A stretch of DNA of 64,000 nt, from the NCBI GenBank assembly GCA_041660885.1, contig JBAZVM010000002.1, positions 81,538-145,537 of the forward strand. Direction: 5' to 3'. The position numbers and the translations under genes are program-made. This DNA is from Patescibacteria group bacterium. Lineage in GTDB: Bacteria; Patescibacteriota; Patescibacteriia; UBA9570; JAHJKD01. This document shows, piece after piece, positions 40,641 through 48,641 of the stretch; the stretch's first letter is position 1, and each line of letters begins with the position of its first letter. A model generated the notes under the pieces. It was given only the letters and a program-made list of their open reading frames with translations. It was not told the DNA's origin and made no database searches.

Positions 40641-40686
40641 TTATTTTGATATTAATATTCAATTATATTACAACACAGGAGCACAC

Positions 40687-40776
40687 ATGAACTTCATCGT
40701 CGCGGTTGCTATCGCTCTTTTTTTTACGGCCATCCCGGCCTTTCTTCTCTGGGTCATAACCCGGAGAGAACTGTGA
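40687..40776 (+). CDS. 29-aa single-TM peptide MNFIVAVAIALFFTAIPAFLLWVITRREL (not in the ORF track)
   Basis: AGGAG 5 nt before ATG; hydrophobic helix with cationic tail; followed by a strong hairpin. Confidence 0.6.
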   Translation: MNFIVAVAIALFFTAIPAFLLWVITRREL

Positions 40777-40783
40777 GGAGGAC

Positions 40784-40816
40784 GGGCAGTAGGAGCGCAC
40801 AACGCCCCCACTGCCC
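40784..40816 (+). other. Stem-loop after the 29-aa peptide
   Basis: GGGCAGT-a-GGAGCG-cACAA-CGCCCC-c-ACTGCCC. Confidence 0.6.
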
Positions 40817-40894
40817 AAGATAGAGATACTACATTTTTCAATATCAAGTTTGTTAATAGTTCTTTTTATGACGCGACAAGGCGTGGAGGAAACC

Positions 40895-41059
40895 ATGGCT
40901 CATGTTGTATTCTATGTGATACTGGCCAGCGGAATTTTCTGTCTGGTCGGTGCCGAGAACTACGGTACCGCAGGCGCTATTGTTGGCGGCCTGTTTGGCA
41001 TCATCAGTGGCGGCATGATCGGATTCATTGGCGTAAACTCGAAACAAGAAAATTCCTGA
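40895..41059 (+). CDS. 54-aa glycine-zipper membrane peptide
   Basis: GGAGG SD before ATG 40895; GTAGAIVGGLFGIISGGMIG (GxxxG arrays). Confidence 0.7.
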   Translation: MAHVVFYVILASGIFCLVGAENYGTAGAIVGGLFGIISGGMIGFIGVNSKQENS

Positions 41060-41076
41060 GAGGTTGAGGAAAAAAA

Positions 41077-41295
41077 ATGGTAACTGCATTCAACACCGTG
41101 TTCTGCACACTTCTTTTCGGAGGCGCCGGCGCGGTCATTGGTGCCGAACTTGGCGCCACCAGCGGTGACGCCATGATCGGAAGGATCATCGGCGTCGTTC
41201 TTGGTGCCGGTCTCGGACTCGCCCTCGCCCTGCTCGGCGAGATCCTGGACAAGCCCAACAAGGAAAAGCCCGGCCCTGTTCACAAGAACAGGTAA
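41077..41295 (+). CDS. 72-aa glycine-zipper membrane peptide
   Basis: GAGG SD; FGGAGAVIGAELG..MIGRIIGVVLGAGLG; strongly C/G-ending codons. Confidence 0.75.
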   Translation: MVTAFNTVFCTLLFGGAGAVIGAELGATSGDAMIGRIIGVVLGAGLGLALALLGEILDKPNKEKPGPVHKNR

Positions 41296-41303
41296 CCGGG
41301 CTT
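41266..41303 (+). other. Long stem-loop overlapping the stop of the 72-aa peptide
   Basis: AAGCCCGG-c-CCTGTTC-ACAA-GAACAGG-taa-CCGGGCTT. Confidence 0.7.
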
Positions 41304-41336
41304 ACGTAAAATTTTTATCAATTCTATATAGAAGTT

Positions 41337-44300
41337 TTAAAACGGGGTCCAGCTAAAGACTTCCTTGCCTTTGCCGTTAATGATGACTATAACGTTCTTG
41401 TTTTTTATTTGTAAGCGATAATCTCGGCGAATATATCTAAACATCGTTCTTTTTTGTAAATGAAATTTATTATCATCAACGTTAAAGCTATAAATTTTAA
41501 GATAAATAGAGGAACCTCGTTTGGAAGCCACTACTATCTCTTCCGTGTTTTTGGTGGCGTTTAAATTACCCGTGGCCATTTTTCTCCAATGCAGTTTGGG
41601 AGATAATCTTTTTGCTGTTAATAAATTGCCGTTCGTATCATAAGCGCGGATGGAAGAGCCGGCGCGCTTTTTTACGGCAAAGACATAAAGTTCATTTTTA
41701 ATTTCAGCTAATCTGGGAATTACGCCGCCCACTGGGAAAGCTTGGAAAGTGGCTAATAAAATATTATCTTCCGTATAAAGGTTAACTATGCCTCTGCCCC
41801 TGTTGGTACCCGTGCTGTAATCCACTTCTTGGCTGTCGCTATCATCGTCGTCATCATCCTCTTCAGTAACGGCGACTACTATGGTATTGCTTTCGGCTGT
41901 TAGGTTTCGGAATCTGTGGCAATAAAACTAATTTCTTCCGAACCGTTATAAGAAGCGTTGCTGGTCATGGATACTTGGCCATCGGTAACCGTAATAATAA
42001 CGTTCATATTGCCGGCCGTGGAATAAGTTAAAGATGTATCTTGCGCATCTGTGAAGTAATCATCAAGATCAAAGACATTGCTGGCTGTATCACCGGCCAC
42101 GAAGGAGACATTAGGCAGAGAGCCGGCAAAGGTTGGCGCGGTATTAGTTTCAGTAACCGTAACATTAACAACTTGCGTAACATTATTATCTCCGTCAAAG
42201 GCATTAAAAGTTGTTGTGTAAACACCAGATTGAGAGTAAGTAGGAGTCCAATTAAAAGTGCCGGTATTATTTCCATTGTCCGTAAACAAAGTAGAAATAT
42301 CCACGCCCGCGGCGCTATAGTCGTTTGATGCATCTAAAGCCGTGAGCGTTAAAGTGCTTGTATCTTGATCATTGGCGCCAACAGAGAAAGACAGGTTGGA
42401 ACCGGCCCCGATAGTTTTCTCCGTAATGGCTACAAAAGAAGGAGCGTCGTTATCCGCTGTTACGTTTACAGTCATGGTATCCGGGGCGGAATCGTCTTTA
42501 GTGTCATTCACTATTAAACGATATTCGCAAGAATAATTTGATTCTTTATCGGCAAAGTCCACATCCGGAGTGGCAGAAGTATTATTGGATAAACTGCAAG
42601 CGTCCGAAGCGTCCAGAGTTTCCACCCAAGCGTAAGTTAACGGATCGCTATCTAAATCAGATGAACCCGTACCATCCAATGTCGTTGACGCATCTGATTC
42701 GTTTTTATTTTGATCCGCTCCGGCATCGGCAACAGGCAAATTATTAGGATCGTTATCCGTAATAGTGGCCGTATGTTCTATGGTGGCTCCTTGGGTAGCA
42801 TTAGTGGGAGAACCCATGGTTGCTATTACGGTTTCATTGCTTTCATCTAAAGTATCATCGGTAACAGTAATGGTAATATTGGCCGTTGTATTCCCGGCAG
42901 TGATACTAATAGGTGACGCGGTAATGGAGTAATCAGTTCCGGAACCCGTGGCCGTGCCGGCTATAGTATAAGGAATAGAAACATTTTTTCCCGAAGCTGT
43001 TGAAAGTTCGGCCGTAATGGTCATGGTGCCGACATTTTCCGCGCCTGATTGCAAAGCGGAAGTAAATGTCACGGTTGGCGCGCTATCATTATCCGTAATA
43101 GTACCGGTATGTTCTATAGTGGCTCCTTTAATGCCGTTGGTGGGATCACCCATGGTGACTATCACGGTTTCATCATCTTCGTCTAATGTATCGTTGGTTA
43201 TGGTAACGGTAATGTCGGCTGTGGTATTGCCCGCGGTAATGGTAATGGGGGATGCGGTAATGGAATAATCGGTTGCTCCACCTGTGGCCGTGCCCGTAAC
43301 AATGTAAGGAACTGTAATATCTAAAGCCGGAGCATAAGATGCTTCCGCGGTAATGGTGTAGCTAGCTTCGTTTTCCGCTTTGGTGGCTGTACTGGTTGTC
43401 CAGTTTACTGTTGGTCCGTCAAAATCCCAGTTATCATTATTTCCGGCGTTGTATGAAGTTACACCGGCAACAACTTCCGTTCCAAAACTGGCATCCGAAT
43501 CCATTACGTCCACGTAAGTGACGGCTTGCGTGCCAGAGAAATTAAGATTCCAATGATTAGTGTCTGATGTACTGCGCAACACTACTTCATGGTCAGCTAT
43601 GCCGGTTAAAGTAAGGAGGCCGGTAATGTTTTGCGTGACGGCTTGCGTGAATTTAATGTTTTTATCTTGGGTAACGCATCTGAATCCGGAAAAAGTATTA
43701 GTTCCTGATATTATTGATGTTTTGGTATTATCGTCAAATATTACTTTTCCGGCAGAAGCATTAAAGGTTCCGGTATTGGCAAAGTTCTCACCGACGGTTA
43801 AATCGAAATTACCTGCTGTCACGTTAAATGTTCCAGAAGCAATATTCAGGTCGTTGTTAATATCTAGCGCGGCGCCTAACTGATAAAGATCAGTGGCTCC
43901 ATCCGCGCTGGTTATTGTTAAATTATTATATGTGTTAGATAAAGTAGTTAGAGTGTAGGTGTCTTCGGCGTCGTCATCATCACCGGTAAACTCTACCGTG
44001 CCGCTATTGGTATCCATGGTTATGGTGGTAGCTTCGTTTCCTCTTAGTCTTAATGTGCCGTCGTTGGTGAAAGTTGTACTTACTGTTAAGCCGTTATTGT
44101 TTAAGGAAAGAGTGCCGGATGAAATAGTAACGTTATTAATGGTTTCCGTGTTCGCTAATGTAAAGACGCTGGAGCCGGCAATAGTTAAATTGGAATAGGT
44201 GTAATCTTTAATGGTATAAGGGCTGGAGCCATCATAGGTAACAGTAGAGCCAGCATCTAATTGCGGGTAGCTGACTGAATCAGGGGTAATGGTTTCTCCG

Positions 44301-47140
44301 CCTTGGAGTTGAAGATTACCGCCTGTTTCCACTACTATTTTTTCCGTGGCACTGCCTTGAACGGTAAGCGCGTTATTATTTAAATCAAAAGTTCCTTCTT
44401 GAATAGTAAGATCTTGGTTGGAAGCGTCCATAACCAAAGCCGAAGCGAGATTAACGGCTCCGCCGGATTTATTGACCGTGATATCGGCGTTGTATAATCC
44501 CGTGGCACCGGTAAGGTCAAACGACTGCGTGTTGCCCCCTTTAAAATTTAACGGTGAAGTGCCGCCATCATACCCAGAACTTACAGTAACATCGCCCTGC
44601 GCTTCTAAGGTGCCAACAGAAATATAGCCTTCTGTTAATGATAGCAAGCCTGTTGTAACTATCGTATCACCTGACGATATGGTATAGGTCCATCCGTATG
44701 TAGAATTAAATTGCAAATCATGAAATGTTTCTGTCGTAGCGACATTTAAAGTAGCGGAACCAATAGTAAATATTACCGACCCGTTTCCTTCTACAAATTC
44801 ACCGCCTGATTTTGTAAAATTAGCCTGTCTTATAGTTAAAGTGGAAGATGGGGTAAAAATTCCAGAGTCTTGAGTATAACCGCTCGATACAAGAGTTAAA
44901 TTATAACCATCATAATTAATGGGTACATTATTGGCATCTCCAAAACCTGCCGCAATATTCAAGCCATAAAATGTTGTATCAGCGTTTAAATTTACATCAT
45001 CATTGGCATCATCAGGATCGTCAAATTTTATAATGGGAGCAATTCCACCCGCTACGATATCGCACGCTTGTGCTTCGGTATCATCGGCAAAATTTAAAGT
45101 GCCATCGCCGCCGTCAAAACCGGCTGATATGGTAATAGTTCCTTGTGCGTCAATCGTGCCAGTGCTTATTTGACCTTCTGTTAAAGTTAAATCATGAGAA
45201 ACAATCATTTTATCGCCCGTCATAATGGTCATGGCCCAACCAGGAACCTGATCAATCTCCACATCATAAAATGTTTCTTCCGTGGTAGCGCCCGTCATAT
45301 CAAAGCGATTGGTGCCGTTGGTAAAGACCACTGTATTTGTTCCCTCTTCAAAAGTTCCGCCGGATTTCACAAAATATGCTCCGTTGCCATCTATGGTTAA
45401 TATAGTAGGTGCGGTAAAAATACCAGAAGCTTGAGTGTAATCACCTACTCCTATAGTCAAATTGTGCGCATTATAAGTAATGGGTACATTTAAATTCGGC
45501 GCGTCAGGGTCAAAATCTGATGTGATGTTTAAACCATAAAAAGTAGCGTCGCCGCTTAAAGAGACAACATCATTAGCATCGTCCGGATCATCAAATTTAA
45601 TAATCGGGGTAATTTTACCGGAAGGAACAGTATATGTTTGTACTTCCGTATCGTCCGCAAAGTTTATTACTCCATCACCGCCATCAAAGTCAGCGGATTG
45701 GGTTATAGTACCCTGTACATCAATAGTGCCCGTGCTTAATGTACCGTCTGTTAATGTTAATGCGTTTGTTACAACTATTGTATCACCGGAAGAAACAGTA
45801 CACGCCCAACCGTTTATCGCGTCAATTTCCATATCATAAAATGTTTCCGTTGTAGCCACATCAATAGTATTTGAACCATCCCTGAAAATTACTTTGTTAG
45901 TGCCCTCGGTGAAAAATCCGCCGCTTTTAGTAAAATAGGCCGTATTACCAATAATAATTAAAGTACTCGGTGCTGTAAAAATTCCCGAGGCTTGAATATA
46001 ATCCCCAACACCAATACTTAGAATATGGCCGGCATAATCAAAATTTACATTGTTGGCATCGCCAAAACCGGCCGCAATTTCCAAACCATACATTGTGGCA
46101 TCAGCGCCTAAAATTATTTGATCATTAGCATCGTCAGGATCATCTAATTTAACTTTCATCCCATAGGCGTTGTTAATAGTATATGTTTGATTAAGAGCAT
46201 CGTTGCCAAAGCTAATGGTTGCATTACCGCCATCGAAATTTGCTCCTTGCGATATAGTTCCTTGCAAATCAATGGTTCCAGTTTGCAGGTAGCCTTCTGT
46301 TAAAGTTAACGTGTCGGTAACTGTAATGGTATCACCAGAAGAAATAATCAGCTGCCAACCAGCATTCATGCTTACTTCCAAATTATGCACCGTTTCCGTA
46401 CTATTAACATTAAAGGTTGCTCCTCCTGTAGAAAATATTATTGTACTCGTTCCTTCGGTAAATGTTCCGCCGGAACCAACAGTAAAATCCGCGTATGTTA
46501 AAGTAATGGTTTCATCAGTCGCGTCAAAAGTGCCTGAATCTATAGCTAGATCAGATGTGCCAATGCTAAGAGTTGTTTGAGCGGAAACAGTACCATCATA
46601 TCCGGTGTTTATATCTATACCACCAATGGCCGAGCCAAAAGCAGCATTAATTACCGCGTTATTATCTGAAGTTCCGTCAAAAACAGCTATATCCGTAGAG
46701 GTGGGGCAAGAATTTCCCACCCAGTTATCACAATTGCTCCAATTCGTATCGACACCACCTCCACCATCCCAAGTATGACTATCGGCTAGTGCTTCTTTAG
46801 TAAACCAAGGGGTCCTGGAAAAAGCTACAGCTGAAAGATCAACTACATATATCAAAGAAATTATGCCAAGACCCAAGGCTATGGTATAAGCGCGAAAACC
46901 TCTTTTTAATTTAAGATGCTCGTGATAAGAATGTTTATATGTGCCATTCTTACGCTGTTTGGCTTCAAAGTTAAAGCTATGGTAAGGACTTAAGAATAAT
47001 AAGTAAAAAGCATGAACTACGGAGTACACGCAAATTAAAGGTAATAACAACAGTTTATAAAAGAACTTAGAAACAGGAGTTCTTTTCTTTTTATTGCTTT
47101 TCTTTATGATATCAGAAATTTTTTTCACAAAGAAATACAT
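41337..47140 (-). pseudogene. Giant adhesin-like surface protein (~1,930 aa if joined): long repeats, Calx-beta-like x2, PKD-like, cadherin-like, acidic linker, basic C-terminal domain; split by a 1-nt frameshift near 41903
   Basis: ORF 41900-47140 ends ATDSET*; the adjacent frame reads NLTAESNTIVVAVTEEDDDDDDSDSQEVDYS straight into ORF 41337-41825. Repeats DDPDDAND..YGL x3, DDTLDE..ETVI x2, PVADAGADQ. It could be intact if the indel is an error. Confidence 0.8.
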
Positions 47141-47227
47141 GAATTTATTAATTTTTATTTTTATGAAGAAGTACGCAAAATTATTAAATATATTATAGCA
47201 TAAAAAAAAACTTTTGTCTAAAAAAAT

Positions 47228-48640
47228 TTATAACGAAGCAAGAGGCTTCTTAGCCGGGCTTGTTTTTGCGCGGCCGTCTTTGGTAAAGCGGCTGCCATGG
47301 CACGGACAATCCCATGTCTTGGCTTTATTGTTCCAATGCACAATGCAACCTAAGTGCGAACAAACCGGGGACAATTTTTTAATATCCCCTTTTTCATCTT
47401 TATAAATGGCCACCTTCTGTTTATCTATTGTTCCCACGGCTCCGGTGTCATTAGGAATTTTTTCTATGTCTAATTCTTTTAAATTTATTCTTCCGGTATA
47501 CAATGATTTTAAAGCATTTGCTCCTTGGCGAATTATTCGGCAAGCGCTTTTTAAGCGTTTCGGTTTGAATAAAGCCGCGTCTTTATTTTTCCGGCCTAAA
47601 ATAATATCTGAATTAATCATGGCGCTTAACATGCCCAATGTTAAACCGTCTCCCCCGTGGCCGGCGGATAAAAGCTGGTGCTTATTATCTATAGACTCTC
47701 CAATATACGGCAATCCATCAACGCTATTCACCACCTGCCCGCTCCATTGGTGCGTAATGATATAATTATTTTTTCCCACCAGCTCGATAAGATGGTTTTC
47801 TAATTTTTTATAGCGTTCATCGGCCAAAACGGATAAATCGGAAGAATTATCTTGCCCGCCTAATATTATTTTCTTTCCATCCACGCGAAAATAATTATAA
47901 GGTTCATAAGTATCTATAAATATTCCTTCGGGAAGATCATGTTTTTGCAAATCCGCGGCCAACACATAAGTGACATCCGTGCTTAAAGGATACTTTTTTC
48001 CTTTATGGCTGTTCTTGGCGAGCACGGCATACTCCGCTTGGACATTCGCTTTTTCCGTTTCTATCATCACCGGGTTTTCGTCCGTAATGCCCAGCACTTT
48101 GGTGTTTTCAAAAAATCGTACGCCCATCTTATCTAAAACTTTAATCAATCCCTGCATAAATTTTACCGAATTGATTTTCGCGTTTCCTTCAAACTTGGCG
48201 CAGACATTATAAGCATTACCCAAGGGATAATGCCCGATATTTTCTTTGGGCAATTTTTTTACGCTCTGCTCGCTATCCGCGCACACAAATAGCGGACAGC
48301 GCGCAAAATCGCAATCAATCTTCTCTTCTTTAATAATTCTCTCCAAAACATCGATCGCTTCAATGGCCGATTGCTTTAATAGCGGAGAAAAATCGCCATC
48401 TAAAATATAACTTAAAAAACCGGTGGAATAAGCTGTTGTGGTATTCTTTATTAGTATGTCTTGCTCGAGTACCACAACTTTTTTTCCTGCTTTGGCCAAT
48501 AAGTATGCAGTAGTTAAACCGGTAATACCCGAACCGATAACAGCCACGTCTGTCTTAATATCTTTCTCTAAAGTTGGGTATATGGCCTCGATTTTATATC
48601 CAGACAGCCAAAAGCTGTCTTTGATTATTTCTTCGCTCAT
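47228..48640 (-). CDS. FAD-dependent oxidoreductase with C-terminal Rieske domain (YhfW-like)
   Basis: VIGSGITG, WSGQ..DGLPYIG, CSHLGC..WN..TWDCPCHGSRF; likely start MSEE at 48640. Confidence 0.9.
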   Translation of the reverse strand: MSEEIIKDSFWLSGYKIEAIYPTLEKDIKTDVAVIGSGITGLTTAYLLAKAGKKVVVLEQDILIKNTTTAYSTGFLSYILDGDFSPLLKQSAIEAIDVLERIIKEEKIDCDFARCPLFVCADSEQSVKKLPKENIGHYPLGNAYNVCAKFEGNAKINSVKFMQGLIKVLDKMGVRFFENTKVLGITDENPVMIETEKANVQAEYAVLAKNSHKGKKYPLSTDVTYVLAADLQKHDLPEGIFIDTYEPYNYFRVDGKKIILGGQDNSSDLSVLADERYKKLENHLIELVGKNNYIITHQWSGQVVNSVDGLPYIGESIDNKHQLLSAGHGGDGLTLGMLSAMINSDIILGRKNKDAALFKPKRLKSACRIIRQGANALKSLYTGRINLKELDIEKIPNDTGAVGTIDKQKVAIYKDEKGDIKKLSPVCSHLGCIVHWNNKAKTWDCPCHGSRFTKDGRAKTSPAKKPLASL

Positions 48641-48641
48641 T

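Noticed and set aside
40663-41283. Minus-strand ORFs over the peptide island
   Set aside because: Shadow frames of GC-rich plus-strand genes, which carry the SD motifs and codon bias.
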